A DNA stretch of 39,853 nucleotides. Source: Thraustochytrium aureum. Taxonomy: Eukaryota. Each line of letters opens with the position of its first letter. Within the stretch, counting starts at the first letter, position 1. The DNA is taken from contig BLSG01000447.1 of NCBI GenBank assembly GCA_012862495.1, positions 1-39,853 on the forward strand, in the 5' to 3' direction. Below the pieces are notes generated by a model. That model made no database searches and was not told the origin of the DNA. It was given only the letters and a program-made list of their open reading frames with translations. Both the position numbers and the translations under genes were made by a program. Shown one piece after another: positions 10,554-21,424 of this stretch.

Positions 10554-13084
10554 GCCCGGCCGCGCGGCCGACACCGTCGCGGCAGCCGCCAGCCTTCGCG
10601 CCCTCGCGGGCCTGCCCGCAGCGACACGTGAGGGTCCGTCCCGCAAACGCCGCGGCGGGCTTCCGTCGGGATGGGGCTCTGCTCGCGCGCNNNNNNNNNN
10701 NNNNNNNNNNNNNNNNNNNNNNNNNNNNNNNNNNNNNNNNNNNNNNNNNNNNNNNNNNNNNNNNNNNNNNNNNNNNNNNNNNNNNNNNNNNNNNNNNNNN
10801 NNNNNNNNNNNNNNNNNNNNNNNNNNNNNNNNNNNNNNNNNNNNNNNNNNNNNNNNNNNNNNNNNNNNNNNNNNNNNNNNNNNNNNNNNNNNNNNNNNNN
10901 NNNNNNNNNNNNNNNNNNNNNNNNNNNNNNNNNNNNNNNNNNNNNNNNNNNNNNNNNNNNNNNNNNNNNNNNNNNNNNNNNNNNNNNNNNNNNNNNNNNN
11001 NNNNNNNNNNNNNNNNNNNNNNNNNNNNNNNNNNNNNNNNNNNNNNNNNNNNNNNNNNNNNNNNNNNNNNNNNNNNNNNNNNNNNNNNNNNNNNNNNNNN
11101 NNNNNNNNNNNNNNNNNNNNNNNNNNNNNNNNNNNNNNNNNNNNNNNNNNNNNNNNNNNNNNNNNNNNNNNNNNNNNNNNNNNNNNNNNNNNNNNNNNNN
11201 NNNNNNNNNNNNNNNNNNNNNNNNNNNNNNNNNNNNNNNNNNNNNNNNNNNNNNNNNNNNNNNNNNNNNNNNNNNNNNNNNNNNNNNNNNNNNNNNNNNN
11301 NNNNNNNNNNNNNNNNNNNNNNNNNNNNNNNNNNNNNNNNNNNNNNNNNNNNNNNNNNNNNNNNNNNNNNNNNNNNNNNNNNNNNNNNNNNNNNNNNNNN
11401 NNNNNNNNNNNNNNNNNNNNNNNNNNNNNNNNNNNNNNNNNNNNNNNNNNNNNNNNNNNNNNNNNNNNNNNNNNNNNNNNNNNNNNNNNNNNNNNNNNNN
11501 NNNNNNNNNNNNNNNNNNNNNNNNNNNNNNNNNNNNNNNNNNNNNNNNNNNNNNNNNNNNNNNNNNNNNNNNNNNNNNNNNNNCCCAACGTTGGCCCTTG
11601 CTATTTCAGTAGCCGACCGTTGCTGATGCCCTCTGGACCGTGACAGCAGGTATCGCTCACTGATCACCCTCGTGGTGCACAGATCAAAGATGGCCTCGTC
11701 GTGCACTGGTCACGGGCGGCCTCGTGGAGAAGGAACCTCCGAGTCCCAATTGTCAGTGGGATATGATCCATCCTCCACAGTCGCTCCTCAAGGCGCGCGG
11801 CCTGCTCGATTGGGGGCTGGCTGCACGCACCTCCTTGTCAATGTCAAGTAAGCGAGCCACCGGTCATGAATTCGGACCACAGCCTCACCAGAGCCTTGCA
11901 GAATTGATTCCTTCGCGGTCCCGGGCCACGAGCAGGCGCAGGCAGCCTCGCGCAACACGTGGCGGCCTCCTCCGCCCGGAGCGTCCCACGCGGGACGCAT
12001 GGAGGACTCACGGTATCACAGGGGTATGGTACAACAGCACGTACTACACCCGAGCCGGTTGCTTTAGCCTGTACCTGTATGATTGTATCTACACGGCGTC
12101 ATTTAGCCGATCGGTGCAGAGTACCCGAAACAACTCGAAAAGCTCCTGGATATTCCATGCGGACTTGGCAGTTGGGGAAAAAAAGAAGGAGATGCACGAA
12201 GGCGCGATCGCCAGAAGGGCACCCACTGGGAGGCCCTAGGGCGCTGCAGCGGCGCCTTTCCCCGAAGATTGGCGCCCCCCATAAGTACTACCGGTAGGCG
12301 CTCCAAACGGCGAATTCCTCGCACGTTGTTGCTCCAGTTGTTGCTTTTTTTTCCTTCCAGCGCGCTGACCGTTGGCGCAACGGACGATCCGCACCTTGAA
12401 GGAGGCAGCTTACGCGGGCGGGATCCATCCTCCAGCGCCACGGCACGAACGCGCGCGAAGCCCAGCTGCTCTTGAGCCGGTGGAGTTGCGGGAAAAAAAA
12501 TCACCAGAAACTCTACCTAAGTAGTACCCGCACGGGGTAAGGTGACTGGAGGAGGGAAAAACCAAGCCAAAAACCAAGAAAAAGAAGAAGAAGAAAAAGG
12601 AAAAAAAAAGGAAAAAGAAAAAAAAAAGAACTTGGCCAAAACTCAGCAGTCTGGCGCGAGACACAAGGCGCGCGGCTGAGCATCAGGCAGTGCCGCGAGC
12701 CAGCTGCAAGTGCGCCAGCAGGGGCGCAGGCCGGCTGCGTTGCGGCGGGGAGTTGCTCGGGCGTCTGCTTTGCTTGCCTGTCGGCGCGGCGGACTTGGGG
12801 CGCCGGGACGCAGGAATCTGGGACATTTCCCCCCTTCACCTGAATTACCGTGCCGGCCAACCCAGGTGGGCCTGCGCGAGCGCGACTCGGAGGGCCGAAG
12901 CGAGGCAGAGAGCTCGCGCGGCGGCGCAGAGGCGAGTGCTGGCAGCGGCGGCGGCGGCGGCTGACTGCCACTGCGCGGCGGCGCCCGCCGAGGGCGATCG
13001 CGGTGTTGGCGCACCACGAGAGCTGCGAGACGGCCGCCCCAGCGCGAGCGCGGTTGGGTGCTACGGCACTGGTCGGCGCCAATC

Positions 13085-13942
13085 ATGCACCCTGTCTCTG
13101 CCGATTTGGCGGCGTGGCGGGTGCAAGCCCACGAAAACCTTGAGCAGGCGGCCCTTCGGCACCTTGAGCGGCAGCTCGACGTCGTGGAGCTTCGCCCAAG
13201 CGGTAAATACAGCCTCCGACCGGCGTTTGGCGGCCGCATCGCGCTTGACGGCCATGATGATCATGAAACACAGACATGCTACTATTACTCTTCTGAGGAG
13301 CAGCACGGGGAAGAACCAACAACGCCGGAATGCGGCGCGAGTCGACAGCGCCGCCGGCGTCGCCTCTGCTCCAGCAGCGAGGCAACAGGGGGCCTCCAAC
13401 AACAAACGCAGCACCAACGAAACGCCACGAGTGGAGGGACCGCTTCGAATGGCCGTTTTACTCTCGAATCCAATCCTCCGCAGGGACAGCGACCCCGCCT
13501 AGACGACTTGTGGGACAAGTCGGCGGTGGAAGGCTCGCCGCCGCTGAGCACGCCCATCTCGTTCGCGCCGCGCGTCTCTTTGTCGCCCCCGCGACCCGTC
13601 CGGCCGCAACAAGAGCGAACACCGAGGCGGCGCAAGCGCATCCACCGCCTCGTTGACCTGGACGACGACGGATTTTCCAGCGCGGAGGCCTCGGCGGGCC
13701 CGAACGACGAAAACAACGCTGGTGCGGGCAACCAACTTGCTGTTGGGGCGCGCGCGCGTCAAGCAAGGCTTGTGAGCCGCATTGCGGCCTCGCCGCCGCC
13801 CCAGCTCGCTGCCCCGACGGTGGCCGGCCCTGCCGGCATGAGAACGATCCGGACTGGCCCGCTGCTCAACGCTCACCGCGTCGCCCATTTGCGCGAGCGG
13901 AGCAGGGTCTCGAGGCTCCTTGCAGAGGACACGCCTGGCTGA
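13085..13942 (+). CDS. Hypothetical protein, largely low-complexity/disordered
   Basis: 285-codon ORF from ATG 13085 in otherwise unoccupied space; no recognisable domain. Confidence 0.4.
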   Translation: MHPVSADLAAWRVQAHENLEQAALRHLERQLDVVELRPSGKYSLRPAFGGRIALDGHDDHETQTCYYYSSEEQHGEEPTTPECGASRQRRRRRLCSSSEATGGLQQQTQHQRNATSGGTASNGRFTLESNPPQGQRPRLDDLWDKSAVEGSPPLSTPISFAPRVSLSPPRPVRPQQERTPRRRKRIHRLVDLDDDGFSSAEASAGPNDENNAGAGNQLAVGARARQARLVSRIAASPPPQLAAPTVAGPAGMRTIRTGPLLNAHRVAHLRERSRVSRLLAEDTPG

Positions 13943-14219
13943 CGGCTGCGTGGCGACTGAGGCTGCAGCCGGCCACAAGTACCTAGAAAGTCCCTATTTT
14001 ACCATGGCAAAAGATAAAACGCTGTCGCGGTCGCGTTTGCCCTTTCTCTCGCTCTGATCGACTGGCCCTGTCCGACACCCTGCGAGGTGTTGCGCGCGAC
14101 GGCCACGCGTCGAGTCGGCGAATCGCACAGGCGAAACGCACCCAACGGCCACGCCCTCAATGGGGCACTTGGGGAGTGGAGGTGACAGCGGGACCCTACA
14201 GGCTCAGCAAACCATAATT

Positions 14220-14924
14220 TGTAATTACCGGTGAAGGACACTCGATCTGGCAGTACACCCCTGCTCCAAAGCAAGAGCAGACCTCCGACGGCGCTGCGTC
14301 AAGCCAGCCGGCAAGCGGTTTCCAGCGCAGGCGCTTGGCAGACGACCTGAAGACATACAAGTCCCGCCGCGCGCAAGGTTTTCTGGTTGCGTGCCACGCC
14401 GCGAGCGCCTCGGTCTTCAAGAACGATGGAAAGTGTGCGGCCGAGTATTCTGCTCCAGCCAGCTCGCGCGACGAAGCGGCACCTGTACGAGAGCACGCTC
14501 GAACTGGAGGAGCAACGCAACAAGGCGAAGCTCGAGTCGCTCCACCATAAGAAAATGGAGCAGGAGACAAGGATTCTGCGGCGCATTCAGAGCGGCAAAG
14601 ACACGCAAGAGGACCGCGACCACCTCAAGTCGCTCCGCGAGCAGGCGCGACTCGACAAGTGCTGCGAGCGCGACGCGCGCATCGAAGAGGAGCGCGCAGA
14701 TCTCGCCCAAGCGCTCGAAAAGGAGCGCCAGGAAGAGTCCAAAGAAGCGACGCGGGAGAGCATTCGCCGTGCGTTTTTGTGTGGTGTCCGCGACACCAAC
14801 AAGGCCACGGCCTGCGTCAAAGGAGCTGCAAGCCAGGGCGGAGCGCGAGCGCGAGAACGCCCTGGAGCGCAAGAGGCTTGAGCGGGAGGAGTTTGAAAGC
14901 CGCTTTGGCTCGTCGCTATCGTAG
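14220..14924 (+). CDS. Charged coiled-coil protein, fragmented by at least two frameshifts; start uncertain
   Basis: E/R/K-rich helical segments in successive frames (HLYESTLELEEQRNKAKLESLHHKKMEQETRILRR...; ...SKELQARAERERENALERKRLEREEFESRFGSSLS*) with coding-like codon usage. Confidence 0.5.
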
Positions 14925-15083
14925 ACATTTTGGGCGGTCGATCCCTTCAGTGGTCGGGCCGCGCCCGAGCGTTGCCTTTGGTGCGCTCTGCTCGGGCTGG
15001 GCCGCGGCTGCGCGCCAGCCTCGCCAGCTGCTTCGTTCCAACCTAATCGCGCTCGCAGTCCGCAAGGGAGATAGATTCCTAAA

Positions 15084-15108
15084 GATAGATAGATAGATAG
15101 ATAGATAG
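15084..15108 (+). repeat. (GATA)6 microsatellite with degenerate flanking copies
   Basis: gatagatagatagatagatagatag read directly; further gata units nearby. Confidence 0.9.
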
Positions 15109-15300
15109 CTACAGATAGATGATGGCTACGCTAGCTAGAGCGGGACAAGTACACCTCAACGACACCCCCTGCAGAAACAGCCGCGTCCCGCCGCGCAGCT
15201 TAACTGCGTCTCTCAGACAAGGCAGGCACAAAAAGCTACCACGGCCCTACTGCCCACAAACAAACAAAAGGACGCCGGCGGCAGCAGCAGCAGAATCAAT

Positions 15301-16771
15301 TCAAAAGCTCAGCCCAGGCCACGGCCTGCCATCGTCAACTGTTCCCGGTTGGCGGTCGCCACGCATCGGGCGCTGGCTTGGAGCATGCGCGCTCGCTGCG
15401 CGCTGCAGCGAGCGCCCGTTCTCGTCAACCGCGAGGCCCAGCCCGCCGTTCAGATAGGCCGGGTACAGTTCGAACGCCGCCCGGTGCTGCGCCACAAACT
15501 CTGCAGTGGACTGTCCGCACGTCTCTTGCAGGTTGTAGCGGTGCCCGCTGCGAAACCGCCTCGACAAGACAGCTTCCGTGTTGAGCGTGGCCGCCATGCC
15601 GCCATTAATTCGGAGCCCCAGCTGCCGGTAGAGCGCCGCGACGCTCTTGACGAGGTCGGCGATGTAGATCTCATAGTGGACAAAGGAGATACGCCTGGCC
15701 GCCCCTGGAAACGACCCGCGCACGCGCACTGGGTAAGTGTAGTGCAGCGAGCACATTCCAGTCAGCTCCCTGCGGAACGGGTAGCGCGAGGTCGGGCTCG
15801 CAAAGAACCGCCAACAGGCCGCGATGTAGGAAACCATCGAGGGGATCGCGCGAAACGGGTCGCGGACCATAACCAAGATTTGCGCGTCTGGGAAAACCTC
15901 CAAGAGCGTCTGCAGCCGCAGCGTAAAGGTCGGGTTTTTCGAGAGGTAGCGTGGCGCGCAACCAGGGGTGATCACGCCAGCGCAGAGCCGCTCGCGAACG
16001 AGGCGTGCGGCGTACAAGTGCCGCTGCAGGCATCGCCGGTAGAATCCAAAGACCGCCAGCCGGTCTTCGCGCGGCATTGTGCTGTCAAAGTAGATGAGCG
16101 GCGCAAAGTCGTCGATCAGCGGGAACGCCAGCGCGCTGAGCTGGCAGGCGGAGATCATCATCATAAACCACTCGTCCTCCTCCGCCTGCCAGAGGCCCAC
16201 GGGATGTACCCCAGCGCCAGAGAAAAAATAGTGGTCCAGCGCCCCGACTGCGCGCAGCACGGGCTCCCCAAGCGCGCGGTCTACGCGGCCCAGAGCGTGG
16301 AAGAGCACCCGCCACGAGACCGACTGTGCGAGCGCCATCTCCCAGAGTTTTTGGCGCTGTAAAGCTCGCCGCATCCTGCGCGAGCACGCGGTGTATCCAG
16401 GTCGTGCCGCTGCGAGCGTTGCCCACGATGAAGACTGGCCGCTCCACAGGCTCCGCCTGCCACCCACGAAACAGCAAATCATCCAGCCAAAACCCGACGT
16501 GGTTCCACACGATCAGCGCCGGCACTACCGCGCCAAGCGCAACCAGCACGCTCACGCGTTTGGCCGTCAGCTTGAACTCTGCGCCCGGCTCGCCTGCAGC
16601 GTCTTTGCCGACTTGCGCGTGCACCACTTCGCGCTGCCAGGTGTTGCCGTACACCTTTGCGAAGCGCCACAGCGACGCTACGAGGCCCGTGGAGGCAAAT
16701 CCGGCGCCACTTGGCAGCGCCGAAGCGTCCGATTCTCCCTCGCGCGCGTCCATGCCGCTCGCGCTCGCCAT
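15301..16771 (-). CDS. PAPS-dependent sulfotransferase (Sulfotransfer_3 / Stf-like) with N-terminal hydrophobic anchor; frameshift at T5 16348-16352
   Basis: Hydrophobic VSVLVALGAVVPALIVWNHVGFWLDDLLF, 5'-PSB loop PVFIVGNARSGTTWIH, EEDEW, FYRRCLQRHLY, YLSKNPTF and 3'-PB VMVRDPFRAIPSMVS. Removing one base gives TAPKLWEM and joins the two ORFs. Confidence 0.88.
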
Positions 16772-17196
16772 GCCCGCGCGCTCGCCATCGGGCTCTGACT
16801 GACTTGCTGCCCCTTTCACACGACAGAGCCCTCCGTGTGACGCGATGGAACGTTACGTCACGACAGACTGTTCGAGCCGGCGGTGACAATTTCGTCACAG
16901 TAGGGTACCCGTGACGTGGCTCGTGGTTAAGCGTGGTCAAAGCACAGTCCTCGACGAGCNNNNNNNNNNNNNNNNNNNNNNNNNNNNNNNNNNNNNNNNN
17001 NNNNNNNNNNNNNNNNNNNNNNNNNNNNNNNNNNNNNNNNNNNNNNNNNNNNNNNNNNNNNNNNNNNNNNNNNNNNNNNNNNNNNNNNNNNNNNNNNNNN
17101 NNNNNNAGCATGTTGCTCGAATGTTGCCGTGATGATGTCCGAGTCGCGACTCCAATGTGCCGCCCGAGGACGGGGTTGCGGTGGCCGAGCCAAAGT

Positions 17197-17262
17197 AGTC
17201 GAGGATTTTGAGGCCCGGGCTTGCAACACAGCAGTCGAGGATTTTGAGGCTCGGGCTTGCAA
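17197..17262 (+). repeat. Tandem duplication, period 36 bp (30-bp cores, 1 mismatch), just upstream of the oxygenase ATG
   Basis: agtcgaggattttgaggcccgggcttgcaa (17197-17226) and agtcgaggattttgaggctcgggcttgcaa (17233-17262). Confidence 0.9.
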
Positions 17263-17270
17263 TTGGGCCG

Positions 17271-18161
17271 ATGGAGGCGTTGCTGGGTCAAGAAGGAGGC
17301 ACGCGTCGTGCCGGGCGGGTTCATGTGCTCCAGGGCGCGCTGGACGGCGCTTTGCAGACGAAAGCGCTCGGCGTTAATCGCGCTTGGCTCGTCGAGAACG
17401 TCCTTAGCCGCGCAGAATGCGAAGGGCAAATCAAGCGAGCGGAGGCCGCCGGCTTGCCGCCATCTGGGTACGAGACGCGCTACAGGAATTGCGGCCGGCT
17501 CGAGCTTGGCGACCCGGCGCTGGCGAGACTCGTCTACGAGCGGATCGAGCACGTCTTGGACGGGCTTGTGCTAAAGTTGAGCTCGAACGACGGGACTGCC
17601 GCTGCGTTTGGCGGACGCACAGCCTCCGGGACCTGGAGGCCAGCCGGGTTGAACGACCACTTTCGCATCTGCAAATACGTCGCTGGCGGGCACTTTTCGC
17701 CGCACGCTGACGGGTACTACCAGCCCGAGCTGCACCGGCGGTCCTTTCTGACTGCTATGGTGTACTTGAACGACGGGTTCGAAGGCGGGCAGACAAACTT
17801 TTTCCGCGACGACATGAAGCTGCAAAACGGGACCCACAGCGACGGCGAAAGGGTCTACGGCGACAAGGCGAGCTTGTCCCAAAGCGTTCGCGCGCCCGTG
17901 GGTGCTGCCATCATATTCTCTCAGGAAACCATTCTCCACGAGGGTGCGGCGCTGCTCTCAGGGGAAAAGTATATCCTTCGCTCTGATGTCATGTTCGAGC
18001 GCGCTCCGCGCACCGTCGAGGCAGAGTCTGAGGCGCAGCTCGAGGCGCTCAAACATCTAGCGCAAGCGCGCCAGCTGGAGGCGAGCGGCGACCTGGACGC
18101 GGCTGTCGCGGCCTACCGCCGCGCGTTCCGGCTCGACCCAGGACTCGAGGCGACCACCTAG
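17271..18161 (+). CDS. Prolyl-4-hydroxylase-like 2OG-Fe(II) dioxygenase with C-terminal TPR-like helical hairpin
   Basis: ENVLSRAECE, YRNCGR, GLNDHFRICKY, HxD (FSPHADG), FLTAMVYLNDGFEGGQTNF, distal His (LHEG), KYILRSDVMF. Tail EALKHLAQARQLEASGDLDAAVAAYRRAFRLDPGL is TPR-like. Confidence 0.9.
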   Translation: MEALLGQEGGTRRAGRVHVLQGALDGALQTKALGVNRAWLVENVLSRAECEGQIKRAEAAGLPPSGYETRYRNCGRLELGDPALARLVYERIEHVLDGLVLKLSSNDGTAAAFGGRTASGTWRPAGLNDHFRICKYVAGGHFSPHADGYYQPELHRRSFLTAMVYLNDGFEGGQTNFFRDDMKLQNGTHSDGERVYGDKASLSQSVRAPVGAAIIFSQETILHEGAALLSGEKYILRSDVMFERAPRTVEAESEAQLEALKHLAQARQLEASGDLDAAVAAYRRAFRLDPGLEATT

Positions 18162-18505
18162 AGGTAGCGGTAACTGGCTCTAGTCTAGCAAGAGAGAGAG
18201 ATAGCTCGAGAGAGTAACGCAACCTCGCTCCTACGTAGCTCTCGGCTCGAGCGTCCTCGGCCCTGCAGCGGCGCCCGGGCGGCCAAGCACTCCGTTGAGC
18301 GCGTTCGCCCAGATCTGCATCTCGGACCACTGCAATCGTTTCTCTCGCGTAGCCAAATCACGCCGGCCAGGCGACGCGCGCGCTGGCTGGCTGGCTGCCT
18401 GCCTGCCTGCCTGCCTGCGCGCCCCTCCGCGTCAAGCGAACCGCACAACGCCGCACCGCGCCAGGCGCGCCGAGGCTGCGGCAGCGCGACTCCAGGCAGG
18501 GCAGG

Positions 18506-19450
18506 ATGGCCTGGGTTGTCGAGTTCTCGTGCTCCACGTCCACCAAGCTCGAGCACGCCTGGGGCCCGACGTACTGGCTTGGACCGCAAGGCGCCAAGGT
18601 CGGCCGCGGCCGCGACAACCAAGCCGGATGGCTCCAGGAGCTTGAGAAGGGCTTCGTGGAGCGCGCCGACGAGAGCGGCAAACGAGGCAACACGCTCATG
18701 GGCAGCGTGAGCCGCGACGCGTTCAAGCTCGCAGTCGTTGCGAGCTCCGATGCCCAAAGCCCGCCTGGCCTCGTTTTCAAGCCCGCGCGAGNNNNNNNNN
18801 NNNNNNNNNNNNNNNNNNNNNNNNNNNNNNNNNNNNNNNNNNNNNNNNNNNNNNNNNNNNNNNNNNNNNNNNNNNNNNNNNNNNNNNNNNNNNNNNNNNN
18901 NNNNNNNNNNNNNNNNNNNNNNNNNNNNNNNNNNNNNNNNNNNNNNNNNNNNNNNNNNNNNNNNNNNNNNNNNNNNNNNNNNNNNNNNNNNNNNNNNNNN
19001 NNNNNNNNNNNNNNNNNNNNNNNNNNNNNNNNNNNNNNNNNNNNNNNNNNNNNNNNNNNNNNNNNNNNNNNNNNNNNNNNNNNNNNNNNNNNNNNNNNNN
19101 NNNNNNNNNNNNNNNNNNNNNNNNNNNNNNNNNNNNNNNNNNNNNNNNNNNNNNNNNNNNNNNNNNNNNNNNNNNNNNNNNNNNNNNNNNNNNNNNNNNN
19201 CCTTGCAGCCAGCGGAGAGCCTGCCTCGCTCATCAAGCCCGAACGGCTTGAGGCGCTCGGAGGTGGCGACGCAAATGCTCCACCACCCAAGCGCAAGGCC
19301 ATCGCAGGCGCGACGAAGAGCATTAGGCCAGCCAGCCAAGCGGCGCCGCTCGGGATCAGGCTCTGGCGCCGGCTCGCACGCGAGCGAGCCTGACGAGGCC
19401 GAAGTCGACCAATCTGGGAGCGATGCCGACTACGTCCCCGAGCGAGATGA

Positions 19451-19485
<35 letters not shown>

Positions 19486-20019
19486 ATGATGATGAACAGC
19501 TGGAGGACGATGACGGGGCAACGAAAGCAAAAGTGAAAGGCGGCAAGGGTCGCAAGGCGCGGTGCCGCAGCGGCGTGGCGCAAAAATCGCATGTAAATGT
19601 CAAAGCTAGCCGCGCAGAAGCCGCGCAGCAGGGCGGGCCTGGCCTAGCAGGGGCGTGCATCGCTTGGGTCGATGCCAACCGCGCGACCCGAGATCAGCGC
19701 TAAAGCTCGCGCAAAGCTGCTTCAATCGCTCATCGCGGACGCCAGGTCGCGGCTCAAGCCTGCCGAGCGCGGCTCTGGCAGAGCGGTTGACGGTGGCACC
19801 AACCGCAAGCGATTCAGGAAGAACAGGGTCAAGCGGGCCCAAGAGTTGCGGCCTCAAGCCGTTGAGTGGGCTACTTACGCGTTCGACCCGTCCAAGTTTG
19901 CCGAACTCGTCCGCGAGCGAGAGCAACTCGAGGCAGAGCGCGCTGAGGGTGCCAGGGAGATGGCCGAGATGGCAGCACCGCGCGTCTCGAAGGCTGGCCG
20001 CGCGTCGCGAAAAGCCTGA
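18506..20019 (+). CDS. Putative nibrin/NBS1-like protein (N-terminal FHA, gap, acidic linker, Mre11-binding-like motif); gap 18792-19200 and about two frameshifts
   Basis: N-terminus MAWVV...TYWL...KVGRG...SVSRDAFKL fits an Nbs1-type FHA pattern. C-terminal NRKRFRKN (19801-19824) resembles the NFKxFxK motif. BRCT domains not visible. Confidence 0.5.
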
Positions 20020-20152
20020 GCCACGTCGCCTGTGGCGGCATCGCTGGCTCGCCAGTGCAACGGGCCCCGCGACGACCTCATGCAAGCGCCACAGAACTAC
20101 TAGTTTCGGAGCAGGAATCGGGTTATTTGTGTTTGTGTCTGTGCAAAGCGGC

Positions 20153-21424
20153 TCAAGTCTCCGGGGCGTCCACGACCGGCCCGTACAGGTCAAACGCACC
20201 CCGTGGCACCGCAATGTCATATCCGTAGATGTTTGCCAGCACATTCCAGCCCCCAGTGTTGAGCCCCACATAGTGCGTGCCGTGTAGTTTGTTCGGCCAG
20301 GGCTCGTTGCCATCGGCAGTGTTGATGAGCTTTGCGTTAGAGATGCGACCTGGCCGCGGCCCGCCCTTGACAAATGCAGACCATTCGCGATACCATTCGG
20401 CCTCCAACAGCCACCACACATCGGCCGGCTCGTCCGACGCCTCCTCTGGGTGAGCAACAACCAGGAGTCTGCCGAGCAGCTTGGCCTCCTCTTCGCGGCA
20501 CACCCGCGTCATGTCTCTGTCTTTTCGCGCCGGGGAGCCTGGGGGCGTCTTGTCCTTCCGGATCGCTTCGCTGCGAGGGGCTTTGGGGCCCGGCCTCGCT
20601 TCGTTGCTACTTGGCCCGGCACTTGCCAACGAGGCGGCCGCTGCGCCGAGTTCTAGCGCGAGAGGCGCGCTTTGGCCTGGCAGATCTTCTACCCCTTCGT
20701 CCACCTCGCTTACATATCCGGTCTGCTCTTCAACTGCCTCTTGTCCTTCGCCAGCGGCAGGTGCGCGCGCGGTCTCGCCGCGAATCAGCGACTTGAGGTC
20801 GTCCGGGTAGGTCTCTACGATCTGGTCCACGCGCCCATCGACATCGGCGTCCCTCTCGCGCGAGTCTTTGGGACGCCTCGACTTTTTACTTGATTTGCCT
20901 TCCTTCTTCTTGGCTCCCTTGGCGCGCTTCTCGTCCGACTTGACGCGCGAAGTGCCGTTCGGAGTCGCGCGCACGGCCCCGCTTTCCTGGGCCTTGAGCT
21001 CGGCTTCGTCCCAGACCTCGGTGTTGACCGCGCGCTCGCCTCGCGGCATCGCAAAGGTCTGCCCGCCTGGCGCTCGCGCGCCCAGTACCGGCCGCTCGCG
21101 GATGTCCGGCGAGTCGATCCCGTCAACACAGAGGTCCACGAGGTCGGCGAGCACCTGCCGCTCGGTCGAGGCGGCCGCGGCAGCCTTGGACTTTTCGGCT
21201 TTACCAATCAGATTGGCCCGTACATGCCGCTGCGAGGGCCCCGAGTAGTACAGGCCGTCCTCGTCCTCCGCGCCGCCTTGGGTCCGCCTCTGAAACTGCA
21301 GCCGGTCCCCGTACACCATGTACGCCTCGTCGCCGCCTTCCCCTTTGCTCGCCACATACTGCTGCAAGTACGCGGGCACTTGCCCCAGCTGACAATCCCC
21401 CAGAATACTCTGCAAGTTGCCCAT
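20153..21424 (-). CDS. Stand-alone DUSP-domain protein with N-myristoylation-like start
   Basis: Starts MGNLQS. C-terminal WWLLEAEWYREWSAFV..GPRPGRISNAKL...HYVGLNTGGWNVLANIYGYDIAVPRGAFDLY matches the DUSP pattern. No USP Cys/His boxes. Confidence 0.75.
   Translation of the reverse strand: MGNLQSILGDCQLGQVPAYLQQYVASKGEGGDEAYMVYGDRLQFQRRTQGGAEDEDGLYYSGPSQRHVRANLIGKAEKSKAAAAASTERQVLADLVDLCVDGIDSPDIRERPVLGARAPGGQTFAMPRGERAVNTEVWDEAELKAQESGAVRATPNGTSRVKSDEKRAKGAKKKEGKSSKKSRRPKDSRERDADVDGRVDQIVETYPDDLKSLIRGETARAPAAGEGQEAVEEQTGYVSEVDEGVEDLPGQSAPLALELGAAAASLASAGPSSNEARPGPKAPRSEAIRKDKTPPGSPARKDRDMTRVCREEEAKLLGRLLVVAHPEEASDEPADVWWLLEAEWYREWSAFVKGGPRPGRISNAKLINTADGNEPWPNKLHGTHYVGLNTGGWNVLANIYGYDIAVPRGAFDLYGPVVDAPET

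Noticed and set aside
17197..17262. CRISPR-like repeat
   Set aside because: Only two near-adjacent copies with a 6-bp spacer, no cas genes, eukaryotic context.
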